A DNA stretch of 63,515 bases, counting the filler, from Octopus bimaculoides (lineage: Eukaryota), in NCBI RefSeq assembly GCF_001194135.2. It is 4 parts of 4 records of this genome, joined end to end, with 100 filler letters (N's around TTAATTAATTAA, not from the genome) between each part and the next. Parts side by side here need not be neighbours in the genome. Positions count along the whole stretch, not along the records: positions 1 to 30,149 come from NC_068987.1; 3 more parts are not named here. One strand, written 5' to 3'. The notes under the pieces were generated by a model, which was given only the letters and a program-made list of their open reading frames with translations, was not told the origin of the DNA and did no database searches. The position numbers and the translations under genes are program-made. This document shows, one piece after another, positions 11,950 through 25,951 of the stretch. Position 1 is the stretch's first letter, and the number at the start of each line of letters is the position of its first letter.

Positions 11950-12359
11950 ATTAAAACAAAAATTGAAGGTATTTGTTGTGGCCAAAACCAGTGATATGTA
12001 ACTAGCACCCATGCTAGTGGTACATAAAAAGCACCTTTCGAATGTTGGGCCTCACAGAGGTAATGACAAATGACCGCGACCTTTGGCAATTTGCTGTGCT
12101 TGAGAAGAAAACCCATCAAACCAAGTGAAATTGTAGTCATGGCAGATACTGGTGTAACACAACTGGCACCCATGGTAGTGGCACATAAAAGCACCCATTG
12201 CACTCTAAGAGTGGCTGGCATTAGGAAGGGCATCAAGCCATAGAAACCATGCCAAATCAGGCCAGAGTCTGGTGCCCCTCAACTTACCGGCCCTGGTCAA
12301 ACTGTCCAACCCATGCCAGCATGGACAGTAGACGTTAACTGATGGTGGTCATGGTGATG

Positions 12360-12413
<54 letters not shown>

Positions 12414-12430
12414 ATGATGATGTCGATGAT
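11950..12430 (+). mobile_element. SINE family F with (GAT/GCT)n tail
   Basis: Ends ..CCAACCCATGCCAGCATGGACAGTAGACGTTAAC then GAT repeats, as in 20645-21027. Confidence 0.7.
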
Positions 12431-13149
12431 GAGGATTTGTTTGTCAGGTCTACCATTCAGAAAGTCCTTCTGCCTTCATGGGTTCAGCAGGTTGACAGAC
12501 TTGCTCCATCCACTACAAAAGTAGATGTGAAAGGTTCAGATAGAGGTAGCACGTCTAGTGGAAGCACTGATCATGTTTCCTTGAAAACAAGTCATCTACC
12601 TTTGGTCTCTACTTGATACCCCATTCTCATCTGTAGCTTTGGGAACTGGTAACATATGTATCACCTATAGCCTGGCAAACAGCTTTGACAGTTAGAATGG
12701 ACTAATCTTGATTGTAATTGTCAAACATGCCATTTCAGTAAGCATTGTACACTACTAAGAGTGTGATAAGATACTTTTAAATCCCTGATCATCTACTCTA
12801 TCCAATGCTACCACTAGATGTCTTCAATCTGTGATTCACCTTTATCTCAAGTTAGATCTAAATGAGAAAGTGAGGCTATCATTGTGCAACTGTTTCTCCC
12901 TTGAGTTCGATTTTTATACCAGACATCACAAATATGTTATGCCAAGGTGTGCAATTAAAGAATAGCCCCCTCCTGCTACTTAAAATATGCTCCTTGTGAT
13001 ACCTGTTTGAGCTGTCTTTATGTCTCCTTACAAAGAAAACATGCCACCACCCATGCTATGACATGACAGTGACAACCAACCTTGGTTCTACATTATCTCC
13101 AATTTCTTTTACATTCATCTTTGTGTATCTTTGCTCTATATGTTTACTC

Positions 13150-14526
<1,377 letters not shown>

Positions 14527-14535
14527 TATGTATGA

Positions 14536-14583
<48 letters not shown>

Positions 14584-15857
14584 ATGCGTGTGTGTACATA
14601 TATATACATATATAAACAATTTCAGCCTATATTTTGGTTTAGTTTTCAGTTTTAAAAATCCAGCATACAGTTCCATATCTTTTCTCATTTTCCCTGGGAT
14701 ATCCTGAAATGTTTGTTATAATGTTGCTTCAATAGGAATTCTAGTATGGTGCCATCCTTTCTAAAACTAAGAGATATAATTGTTTTCTTTGCTTTGTCTT
14801 CAATCAGAATGTGTGGTATAGAAACACCATTAGGTTTTACAATATTCTCCCAGCTACATTTTTTAAAATCTGGGAACTGTGTTAAACCTAAAAGTTCTGT
14901 TTGTGTTTCAAACGATGAGGTATAATTACCTTTAAAACAACGCCTATCTTAACAAATTTAAATGCCTGACCTTGTGTGAATGTCACTATTGTTACTGTTA
15001 TTATTGTTATCTTAAATTTATTTTTTAAACTGTTTAAGAAACTTTTTGTAATTTTTGTTTCTTTTTACTCATTCAGTTGTGCAATTTGCTTTTGTGTTGT
15101 CATTTTTGTCTCGTTTGCTATCACAGTATCTTGACTTTTGATTGTGTCTGATAACCATTTATCAGACACAATTTGTATGTGCCAGTGTTTGTCACGGCCC
15201 ATGCTTCACTGCCATGAAGCATGGCTGTTCGTACACATGCATCATACAGTCTGCCTTTTACTCTGAGAGAGAGAGACCCTTTGTCACCAGCAGAGGTAAG
15301 AGCTCTCTGAACTTTGCCCAGGCTATTCTTATTCTAGCAGCTAGACTTTCAGAATCTGAAACTGTGACTGGCACATACAAATAAATAAAATAAAGTCTAT
15401 GAAAGCAAGCTTCCATTTTTGGTGGGTACTAAGGGCAGGTTTTCCTCAGGTAATTATAATTCCTTTTAGCAAATATTCCAAAGAAAATTTCAGTTTAGTA
15501 ATGCCTAAAATAAAGTTGTCTTGGAGAAAGAAGAAAATGTGTCTTCATGCCACTAGAGTTAATGATGATAATGATGTTGATAATTCCTATATGCGGTAGA
15601 TAAACTATGTCTCTGATGAATGTTCCTGTCATCTAACTGTCTTGATATTTACATATTTTCATGACTAAAATTTGTTATAAACTAAGCACCATATCTTGTG
15701 GAAAAGATAACTAAATGGTTCATATAAAAAATATAGGTAGTTAGAATTCAAATGAGGAAACTCCAGTAGTGTTAGAGCTATATTGAAAACTTAAATCCCT
15801 CTTTGAAAATGATGTTATTATATAGGTAGTTATTTCAGAGTTCAAATGAGTTGTTAT

Positions 15858-16365
15858 ATGGGAAAAGGTTCTCATTGAAGAGGAAGGGAAAGGTCTATAG
15901 GAGTTGTGTGAGAGCTGCAATGTTGTATGGGAGTGAGACATGGTGTTTGAGTGAGAGAGATGGCAATTTTGAGAAGGACTGAGAGAGAAATGGTGAGAGA
16001 AATGTGTGGCATGAGGCTGTTTGATAAGAAGACTGAGAACTTGATGGAGATGCTGGGGTTGGAGAAATCAGTGGAATGGCTCACAAGGGCGAATGGAGTG
16101 CAGTGGCATGGGCATGTGTTGAGGAGGGATGAAGAGCATGTTCTGAAGAGGGTGCTAGAGTTTGAGGTAAAGGGACAGCAAAAACAAGGTAGACCGAGGA
16201 AAATGTGGAGGGGACAGGTGGAGGAGGAGACTGGAAGGGTTAGCTTTAGAAGGGAGGATGCCCAAAACTGGGTAAGATGGCAAGATGGTGTGAGGGCAGT
16301 TGCTATGGCATTGAGGTAGATCTGGCCACTCCCGTTAACGGGGACAAAACCCGGATTTAAAATGA
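15858..16365 (+). mobile_element. RTE-clade LINE 3' end (5'-truncated)
   Basis: RVYRSCVRAAMLYGSETW..LRRTEREMVREMC..WHGHVLRRDEEHVLKRVLEFEVKGQQKQGRPRKMW, followed by a short 3' UTR ending AAAATGATG. Confidence 0.85.
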
Positions 16366-16694
16366 TGGAAGAAAAAGAATTATCTTAACCCATTACCTCC
16401 CATAATTCTATTAACTGGAATTTTTTTTATGAAACTTTGATTTCTAGCATAAAACAGCCCTAGAAACACGCTGGAATGATCAAAATAACATTTCAAAATA
16501 ATATTTTAAATAGAAATAAGGGAGATATTGGGTGAAAAATTAGCAAACCTCATTTGAATATCAGAGAAATATACCTAGTAGATATAGCAAAAAGGTTAGA
16601 TATATGTAAATATTGACAGATAATTATGAAATTTGTAATTTTTAAGTGATCTCATATGAGATCACTGGTAGGCAATGGGTTAAGCAAAAAGACA

Positions 16695-16900
16695 GCAAGT
16701 TGGCAGAATCATTTAAACGCCAGGCAAAATGTTTAATGGCATTTCATCCACCTTTATGTTATGAGTTCAAACATCAACTTTGCTTTTCATACTTTTGGAG
16801 TCAATAAAATAAGCACCAGTTGAGGACTGGGATCAATGTAATCGATTTACTCCTTTCCCTAAAATTGCTGATCTTGTCCCAAAATTTGAAACCATTATTA
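16695..16900 (+). mobile_element. SINE family B, degenerate
   Basis: TGGCAGAATC head, GAGTTCAAAC, AAGCACCAGTTG core, (TTA) tail. Confidence 0.7.
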
Positions 16901-17228
16901 TCTTAACCAAAGAGCCATTTTTCTCAGTCAAGCTTACCACTAAAATGGAGCCATGATTATGAGGTTTTTGTTGATGGCTGGAATATAACAGACCATTTCA
17001 TATTGCATAAAAATAAAAAAAATTACCCTTGTTAATCTTGAAACAAAAACAAATAATGAGGTTTTCTTGAACTGGCATATAGGTCTAATGAAGGAATTTA
17101 TACATTCAAGACTATATTTCTAGTGAAATACACTATCAAGATACCTTGATGCTCTTTCTACTGTTAAACTGTCAGTAACATGTACCATGGTTTTGCTAAT
17201 CATTGTAAGTGTCTATGTAGTCATGTGT

Positions 17229-17761
17229 GTGGAAGCGCAATGGCCCAGTGGTTAGGGCAGCAGACTCGCGGTCATAGGATCACGGTTTCGATTCCCAGAC
17301 TGAGCGTTGTGAGTGTTTATTGAGCGAAAGCACCTAAAGCTCCACGAGGCTCCGGCAGGGGATGGTGGCGAACCCTNNNNNNNNNNNNNNNNNNNNNNNN
17401 NNNNNNNNNNNNNNNNNNNNNNNNNNNNNNNNNNNNNNNNNNNNNNNNNNNNNNNNNNNNNNNNNNNNNNNNNNNNNNNNNNNNNNNNNNNNNNNNNNNN
17501 NNNNNNNNNNNNNNNNNNNNNNNNNNNNNNNNNNNNNNNNNNNNNNNNNNNNNNNNNNNNNNNNNNNNNNNNNNNNNNNNNNNNNNNNNNNNNNNNNNNN
17601 NNNNNNNNNNNNNNNNNNNNNNNNNNNNNNNNNNNNNNNNNNNNNNNNNNNNNNNNNNNNNNNNNNNNNNNNNNNNTTCACGAGCAGGCTGTTCCGTTGA
17701 TCGGATCAACTGGAAACATCGACATCGTAAGCAATGGAGTGCCAACAACAACAACAACAAC
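17229..17761 (+). mobile_element. SINE family C (middle in N gap)
   Basis: Head TGGCCCAGTGGTTAGGGCAG..GGTTTCGATTCCC, (CAA)n tail, flanks AGTCATGTGT / AGTCATATGT resemble a TSD. Confidence 0.85.
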
Positions 17762-17825
17762 AGTCATATGTAGACATTAATACTCTCCCAATATTTAGAT
17801 CCTGTAGCACATCAGTACCTGACAG

Positions 17826-17828
<3 letters not shown>

Positions 17829-17901
<73 letters not shown>

Positions 17902-17912
17902 TGTGTGTGTGT
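17829..17912. repeat. (GA)n(GT)n microsatellite
   Basis: Direct read. Confidence 0.95.
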
Positions 17913-18834
17913 GTCTGCACTCAGTCAGCACTTGTTTTTGGCTGAATAGATGGGAGCATTGAGAAATGAACATAACTTACTGCTTCATTTAGGAATTGAA
18001 CCCATGACATAACTGCAAGATGAACACCCCAAACCACTGTCATACACCTTCACTAAAGTCAGAAGGATCATGTAGTTCACTCATGAGTACAAAATATTAG
18101 TTGCAGTATGCTCATTGATCTTGTACCAAAATAAAAAGAAAAACCACAAATAATAATTCATTGCTTTCTGTTGTTTCTTAGTTCCTTTCACAGACACCTG
18201 GCATAAAATGTGATGTGTAGAGAGAGATAAAAATAGAGATAAAATAGAGTTATGTGACATTCATAACTTTCTCAAAGACATTATTGATAAAAGTACAATG
18301 AAGTAGCACCTTGCATCAAATTGTCTCAGTTTTGCAAAAGTTTAATGTCTCCTACACACATGTTATCACTAATTAATATTGTATAGACTCAATCCTCATG
18401 ACTAACGATGAGTCTCTATAAATTATTGATTTGATATTAATCTTCAATTGCATGGTTTGTGACTTCCTATTTTGTTTCCTTGACAACCAACATACCTAAA
18501 TCTAATTGTCTTGGACTGTATAGTTAGGTTTCAAATCAGAGCAATCAACTTCTGAATTGAACAGTATCGTGTAAAACTAACTGGATATCTGAAAAGTTTC
18601 GTGTATCAGGCTTTGCATCCTGAATTTGAATTCTGTGAAGCAAAAAAAAAGCTATAAGCAACGGTAGAGTTCATAGTGGTAGTGGTGGTGGTGGTGGTAG
18701 TGTCGGAGGTGGGAAATAAGCAACAAGGTAAAAGAGATTTAGTGAGAGTAACAAAGAAAATCTTTACTCGGAATTACATTTTAATGACTTTATAAAAGGA
18801 TGAAAGAAGAGGATAAGAGGGAAAAGAAATAGGA

Positions 18835-19378
18835 GTTGGAGGAGGAGAGAGAGGGGAGGAGGAGTGAGAGAGAGCGGAGGATGAGGAAGAGGATGAGGAG
18901 GAAGATGATGAGGAAGATAATGATGAAGATGATGCTGTTTTTGTTGATGCTGCTGCTACAACTGTTCTCCTCCTCCTCCTCTCCTTCTTCTCCACCTCCA
19001 CCTCTCCTCCTCCTCCTCCTCCTCCTCCTCTCCTTCTTCTTCTTCTTCTTCTTCTTCTTCTTCNNNNNNNNNNNNNNNNNNNNNNNNNNNNNNNNNNNNN
19101 NNNNNNNNNNNNNNNNNNNNNNNNNNNNNNNNNNNNNNNNNNNNNNNNNNNNNNNNNNNNNNNNNNNNNNNNNNNNNNNNNNNNNNNNNNNNNNNNNNNN
19201 NNNNNNNNNNNNNNNNNNNNNNNNNNNNNNNNNNNNNNNNNNNNNNNNNNNNNNNNNNNNNNNNNNNNNNNNNNNNNNNNNNNNNNNNNNNNNNCTTCTT
19301 CTTCTTCTTCTTCTTCTTCTTCTTCTTCTTCTTCTTCTTCTTCTTCTTCTTCTTCTTCTTCTTCTTCTTCTTCTTCTT
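18835..19378. repeat. Compound purine/pyrimidine triplet repeats (GAG/GAT/CTC/TTC) spanning an N gap
   Basis: Direct read. Confidence 0.9.
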
Positions 19379-20224
19379 CAGTGTATTAGCTGATACTGTA
19401 TTAAAGTGCCACTGGTCTGTATTTCTTAGTTCGTTTTCTTTCTTCTCTTTCTTCCCTTCTCTACACACGTGTGTTTCTATTGATTTATCTGTTTTGTCAT
19501 CCATATAGATTTCTCTTGTTGGTGCGCAACTACACACCAACATGAAACTTAGATACACTATTATTTATTGTGATGTTTTCTCCCTCTTTAGTTGCCTTTT
19601 GTATATAAAAAAAAGAAAAGGAATAAATAAATAACAAAGAAAAAAAACAAACAAACCCAGATAATGCTGACAAGATTATAGTTATTTTGCTTGTCTCCAT
19701 TGAGAACCATGTGAATCTGACTGGAAAAATAAGAAGTTTAAATCTTTGAGTTCAAATAGCATTAGGATTTTGATCTTGATTTTCATTGCCAAAGGTCGAT
19801 AAATCAAGTACCTGGTATTTTTAAGGTTAATCCAATTGATTAGATTATGTTCACTCCTTTGTGATTTTCTGACCTTGTATCATTTGTAGAAATCAATAAT
19901 ATAATTATCATTAGTATTATAATCATTATTATTGCTATGATTAATAAGATCAATACATGTAATATTTAGTTTGAACATCAGGGGGAAAAAATGAGGGAAA
20001 TCAAGAGAGGAAGGATGAGGGAAAATGTTAACAGCAAGGTCTGCATATCAAGCAAAGAGTGGGGGTGAGGAAAACACCTTATGATATTGGGTTACATCTA
20101 TTATATTGCAATTTGATACCTACCAAGTTTGACTTTGTATGTCATCCTTCTAGGATCGATATAATGTACACCAATGACTTGATAGATGCACACTGGGTTT
20201 TATTTAAGTATGTTTCCCCACAAT

Positions 20225-20366
20225 CAGTTGTGGTTGTGTGGTAAAATGTTTGCTTCTCAATCACATGGTTCTGTGTTCAGTCCTATTGCATAGCAATAGT
20301 GGCTTCTACTGTAGTCCCTGGGCTGACCAAAGAGTTGTGAGTGAATTTGGTAGCCAGAAACTGAAA
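20225..20366 (+). mobile_element. SINE family A, degenerate 5' part
   Basis: TGGTTGTGTGGTAA..CACATGGTTCTGTGTTCAGTCC..GGCTGACCAAAG..GAAACTGAAAGA. Confidence 0.65.
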
Positions 20367-20599
20367 GAGCTGGCAGAAACGTTAGCATGCCTGGCGAAAT
20401 GCCTAGCGGTATTTCATCTGCTGTTACATTCTGAGTTCAAATTCTGTCGAGGTTGACTTTGCCTTTCATCCTTTCGGGGTCGATAAATTTAGTACCAGTT
20501 ATGCACTGGGATTGATATAATCGACTTAATCCCTTTGTCTGTCTTTGTTTGTCCCCTCCATGTTTAGACCCTTGTGGGCAATAAAGAAATAAGAAACTG
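20367..20599 (+). mobile_element. SINE family B (variant tail)
   Basis: GAGCTGGCAGAAACGTTAGCATGCC head, GAGTTCAAATTC, core, tail shared with 6838-7078. Confidence 0.85.
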
Positions 20600-20644
20600 A
20601 AAGATGCTCATCGTATATATATATATATATATATATTACATACG

Positions 20645-21027
20645 CTGTGCGTGAGAAGACCCGGCAAGCCAAGTGAGATCGTTGCCAGGGCCCCTGGACT
20701 GGCTCTTGTGCGGGTGGCACATAAGATATACCATCCTGAGCGTGACCGTTGCCAGTACTGCCTGACTGGCCTTGTAGGGTTTTCGAGCGAGATCGTTGCC
20801 AGTGCCCCTGGACTGGCTCTTGTGCGGGTGGCACATAAAAGACACCATTTTGAGCGTGGCCGTTTTCGTGCGGGTGACACGTAAAAGCACCCACTACACT
20901 CTCTGAGTGGTTGGTGTTAGGAAGGGCATCCAGCTGTAGAAACTCTGCACCAGTCCTCAGTCAAATCGTCCAACCCATGCTAGCATGGAAAGCGGACGTT
21001 AAACGATGATGATGATGATGATGATGA
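20645..21027 (+). mobile_element. SINE family F with internal 114-bp tandem duplication and (GAT)n tail
   Basis: GAGATCGTTGCCAG.GCCCCTGGACTGGCTCTTGTGCGGGTGGCACATAA recurs at 20675 and 20789; ends GCGGACGTTAAACGATGATGATG. Confidence 0.85.
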
Positions 21028-21190
21028 TACAATATCTGGGATTGTAAAAATCTGCAAGACTTTCTTAGGATTTAAAGGATGACAGTTAAATCAAGATACT
21101 TACCTTCACAACCTTACTACCAAGCAGGTAACCAGTCAAAATCTACTCTAAATTAAAAAGAGAAAGAGAATCTACACACACACAGACACA

Positions 21191-21244
<54 letters not shown>

Positions 21245-21424
21245 TAATAATAATTAGCAACAGAAGCAGTATTAATACTGGAAGGTAATATTTATTTCCA
21301 TGTAAAAGCAGATGTATTAGAACGCAAAATAGTGTGATAGTTGCAATGAGAGAATCTCTCATACTGGCTTTTGGTGCATACATATATATATATACATATA
21401 ACTATATATACATATAACTATATG

Positions 21425-21501
<77 letters not shown>

Positions 21502-21502
<1 letters not shown>

Positions 21503-21715
21503 ATCATCATCACCATCATGATCGATTAACGTCCACTTTCCATGCTGGCATGGGTTGGACGGCTTGACTGGGGACTAGTGAGCCAGATGACCGCACCAGG
21601 CTCCAATCTGATCTGGCAGAGTTTCTAGAGCTGGATGCTCTTCCTAATGCCAGCCACTCCGAGAGTGTAGTGGGTGATTTTACATGCCACCAGCACAAGG
21701 GCCAGGCAGGCAATA
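21502..21715 (-). mobile_element. SINE family F, 3' part
   Basis: Reverse complement of the F 3' end with (CAT)n on the plus strand. Confidence 0.8.
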
Positions 21716-22050
21716 CTCCTTATGCAGATAAGGGAGTACAGAATCCTGTCAAAGGCTTTTTCCATGTCAACAAAAGCCAAGAACAGAGGCCTAATTTTTG
21801 CTAAATGCAGCTGCTGAAGTTGTCTTACCAGGAAGATAGCATCAGTATTGCTTCTCCCTGGCATGAAACCAAACTGCATCTCATCTAGGCTAATGCACTT
21901 CTTAATTAGTTGAGCTATGAGCCCTGTAATTATTAAGCTATACCTCTGTAATTTTTTCTCTCTCAGGCATAACCTTTACTTTTGTAGCAGTTAATTATAA
22001 TCCTGCAACACCAATCATTGGGTACGGTGCCCTCATGGACAACCTAATTC
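21716..22050 (-). mobile_element. RTE-type LINE reverse-transcriptase fragment
   Basis: GTVPNDW..IINCYKSKG..NYRGI then MQFGFMPGRSNTDAIFLVRQLQ..LFLAFVDMEKAFDRI. Confidence 0.85.
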
Positions 22051-22083
22051 ACTATACAGCTGACTATCTTAAGTTAAAGTTAG

Positions 22084-23635
22084 TGTTGTGGAGAGACTCA
22101 CAACACCCCCTGTAAGAATTGACTTGATCAAACAACTATAAACAGTAGTAGACTGAGTGAGAGGGGAGAGAGTAGGTGTTAATCACAAGAAATCGTAAGG
22201 TGCCATTTTTGTCGGAATATCATTTGTTGTTCGTGTATAGTTCGTGGAGAGTTTGTTGGATCATTACAGTGTTGTTACCCTGCTTCGTTATATGTTTTAT
22301 TGTTACTACACAGTTATAGTGTAAAAAAGTATTGTCATAACAATTGGTGATACAACAATATTGGTGATGAGGATTTGAAGCTCACGCTGGTCAGTTAACG
22401 ATTTTTGTGATACAAAGTTGTTAATGATGGAAAACCTTATTAGCTTCTATAAAGCAGTTGCAAAAACAGCAGCAGGAGTTACAGAAACAACTACAACAAC
22501 AAGGAGAAAAACAGTAACAGTTAATGGTGCTATGTCTTCAGAAGTCTGAAAACACTATATGTTTGTTTTTGCCACACGACGTATCGAACTCTATATTAGA
22601 ATTCAGTTATGACCCAGAAGAGGGTATAACATTTGTGTACTTTAGGAGGTATGAAGAAATGTTCAAGGAAGAGTGCAAGTTGCAGACGGACGAGGAAAAA
22701 GTAAGACTATTATTATGTAAATTAGCACTGGCTGATCATGAAAAATATTGTAATTTCATACTACTCAAAAAGCTAGTGAAACTTGTTTCCAGAAAACAAT
22801 CAAAATACTATCAAAAATATTCAGTGATAAGAGTTCCCTATTTAACACTCGATCAAAGTGTTGGAATCTAGTTAAAAGAGAGGATGAAGACTTTGTCATG
22901 TATGCCAGGACCATAAATAGAATGTGCAAAAGGTTTAAACTGAAGGAATTAACACTTGATCTGTTTAAGTGCCTCGTTTTTTGTATAAGGGCTGATGGTA
23001 AATAATGATGTAGAGATACGTGCAAGAATTCTCACAAAATTTGAACAAGCAGAAAGGAGTTTAATCCTGTAAACAGTTGCAGGGGAGTGTCAAAAAATGG
23101 TAAACTTATGTCAGAACATAAAGAAAATTGAAGAGAAGGAGTTCTCACAAGTACCAGCATGTCGACCAGGAAGGTATAAACAAAAAAATTTTAGGACCAA
23201 ACCCATGCTACAGATGTGGAGCCCTACATTTTAGGAAGGATTGTCCTTTCAAAATACAAAAATATTACAGTTGCAAAAAAGTAGGACACAAGAGCTCACA
23301 TTGGTAGAGCAAAGTTAGGAAGGTTGAACATAAGAATTTCTAAAGATTTCTCAACGGAAAGTAGAAACAACATCAAAAAGAGGAAATTTATACATGTAAA
23401 AGTAAACGAAGTGAATATTAAATTACAACTAGATACTAGTAGCAACATCCCAATTATTAATACTGACATGTGGAAAAGAATTGGGAAATCTATATTAAGA
23501 AAAATATCAAAAATTGCATGAGATGTGACAGGTGAAATGTGGAATATTACATTTTGGGGAAAAACCTGTGGAGCAAAAGTTTTCATGTTAAAAAATGCAA
23601 CCAATCTGTTCGGTACAGACTGGTTGGAATTGTTT
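22084..23635 (+). mobile_element. Ty3/Gypsy LTR retrotransposon remnant: 5' LTR (22084-22357), PBS, gag and aspartic-protease fragments
   Basis: LTR bounded by TGTTGT..ACAACA; PBS-like TGGTGATGAGGAT at 22362-22374; gag-like YDPEEGITF.YFRRYEEMFKEEC..DEEKVRLLL; protease-like KLQLDTSSNIPIINTDMWKRIGK. Confidence 0.8.
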
Positions 23636-24299
23636 CTGTTTTCCGTTTTCCATTGTTTACTGTCTGTGTTTACTATATGCTGCCTTCTCAGTTTTTTCCC
23701 ATAAGTCAGTTCTGTTAAAAGATAAATGGCCGTCCTACATTGAAAACTAAAGAAACTGAATAATAGAAGAAATGGGAAAAAACTGAGAAGGCAGTAAACA
23801 CAGACAGTAAACAATGGAAAACAGAAAATGGAAAACAGAAACTAAAATGTCAAAAGTAAAAGGTAAAAAAGGTAAAAGCACTATCCTCCTTAGAACTTAA
23901 ATAATAATACTGGAAAGATATCAAGTCAGTCAGGAATAGGTGCCATTTTCCAATTCTTCAGAATATATTTATACATTTGCATGTAACCACTGAAAATTCC
24001 TGACCTGGAGTTCAATAGAGAGTTAGGGATCTTAGATCTGAACAGAACCTGTGCTCTTTCAGCCAAACAAAGTCTACATTTTTTTTTATCCATTCACATA
24101 AGGTATGGATTTGTGTGTGTGTGTGTGTGTGGGGGGTGCATGCGTGCATGTGTGTGCTTGTGCATGTGTGTGTGCTTGTGAATGTGTGTTTATGTATGCG
24201 TGTCTATGTGTGTATATTTGTGTGTGTGCATGTGTGTTTGTGTGTGTCCACAAGTACACAGTTTAGAGGGAACACTGATTGGGCACAGGAGGTTTGGTT

Positions 24300-25830
24300 G
24301 TAAGACTTAGTGGAGAGGACAAGAAAAGGAAAAGCAGGCTGAACCAGTTAAGAGTTGGTACGCTACTTAAGAGATGCAAAAAACCAACATAGGTTACTGA
24401 GTGAATTTTTAGCGAATCAGGTTAGTGGCCTTTGTTGGGATGTGGTCTAAGAAGATAATGTATATAGCAGCAGCGTCCTCAATATTTAAGCACTACTCTA
24501 ATGCAGGTTTTACTTGAGCTTTGTAGAGGTTCAGCAACTGAGCAAGGTTAAAGTATTTTCTGACTTTGAGAGTAAGCCTAGCCTTTGGAAAATAGATTTA
24601 CCAATTGTTATATGTGAGGTCATCATAAGAGATGATCAAAGATTGTGAAGCCTGATATTTGCAGGGCATTTAAGGACTTTAGTTGTATATCTTGATGCTT
24701 TGCATCATGCTTTCCATGTTGTTTGTGATGGTGATATTGATCAAGGAGACAATACAAATATGACATGGGACTTCTAGGTCGTGTGTAAATGATATCTGTG
24801 TAGGGAAGGTTAAAGTAGAGGGAGGAAAGAAATGTCTGTGAAGATATGTTTGTTGTTAGGAGTAATAGTAAGGAAATAAATAATGTATGAAAGAAACAGT
24901 GTTGAAGAGATGAAACTCTGAAATGCATCATAGTTAATAGAAAGTGGGCCAGAGAGAGGGGGGAGAGAGGGGGAGAGAGAGAGGGGGAGAGAGGGAGAGA
25001 GAGGGTAATAGAGAGAGAGAGNNNNNNNNNNNNNNNNNNNNNNNNNNNNNNNNNNNNNNNNNNNNNNNNNNNNNNNNNNNNNNNNNNNNNNNNNNNNNNN
25101 NNNNNNNNNNNNNNNNNNNGAGAGAGAGAGAGAGAGAGAGAGAGAGTGAGAGAGAGAGAGAGAGAGAATGAGAAGCATGTCAGCTAAGAAACTTCTGAGA
25201 TAAGAAATGTATTGAATCTATAAGTTAGGTTCTAATGTCAGTACAGTCTAAGGTTCTACTTATGTTAATAGCAGCAGCTTTTCTTTTGTCAAAGTTTTCA
25301 AGAACGTTATATATTGCTTTGCAAGTACTGATGTTTGTAGCTTCAGGAAAGCAAGAGCTGGTGCATCATAAATTATACTGAAAGTCATTAAGAAAGGAAA
25401 GAGTTTGATGGCAATGACTGGTCGTTTAAGTGCTTCCATTGTCATGGAGATATTAAAAAGTTGATAGGATAACAGTTTCTAGGGTCAGCGAGATTGTCCC
25501 TCTCAGTAGGTTCTGAGAATAAATATGAATATAATAAAAAGTTTGCTGAGAATCGCATTAAGCTTTGGCATGCATTGTTTGCTAGTTGCCTCATTCTGTT
25601 AGAGTAATTAGAAAAGTTTTCTCCATTATATGAGCATGATGAAGAAGGTGGAGTGCAGAAGAGAAGTGTGGGTGGATTTTTGTCATATAGCTTTGTGTAG
25701 CTTGGATCTAGAAATAAGATGATCACAAATATGGAGCTTTTATTCATGGGAGTGCAACTTACAGAACACTTTTGGGTGAGGAATAGCAGGTATGAAAGTT
25801 ATGAAAAGTTAGTAGAGATTCGCTTGGCAA
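24300..25830 (-). mobile_element. CR1/L2-type LINE fragment, decayed, interrupted by (GA)n and an N gap
   Basis: PTERDNLADPRNCYPIN (NYRPIS-like) and RKYFNLAQLLNLYKAQVKPALE*C motifs with many stops. Confidence 0.6.
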
Positions 25831-25951
25831 AAGCCAAGGTCTTGTGGAAATTTAATGAAGTAAATGGAAAACTTAAGGCTATATGATGCATTTAAAGTAT
25901 TCATTAGGTTTCTGATGATCATCATTTTTGCAATCAGTGTGATGGTGAGTA

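Noticed and set aside
17231-17300. tRNA-like sequences at SINE heads (families A, B, C, D)
   Set aside because: A/B boxes are present but they run into SINE bodies and lack a complete cloverleaf and terminator; not tRNA genes.
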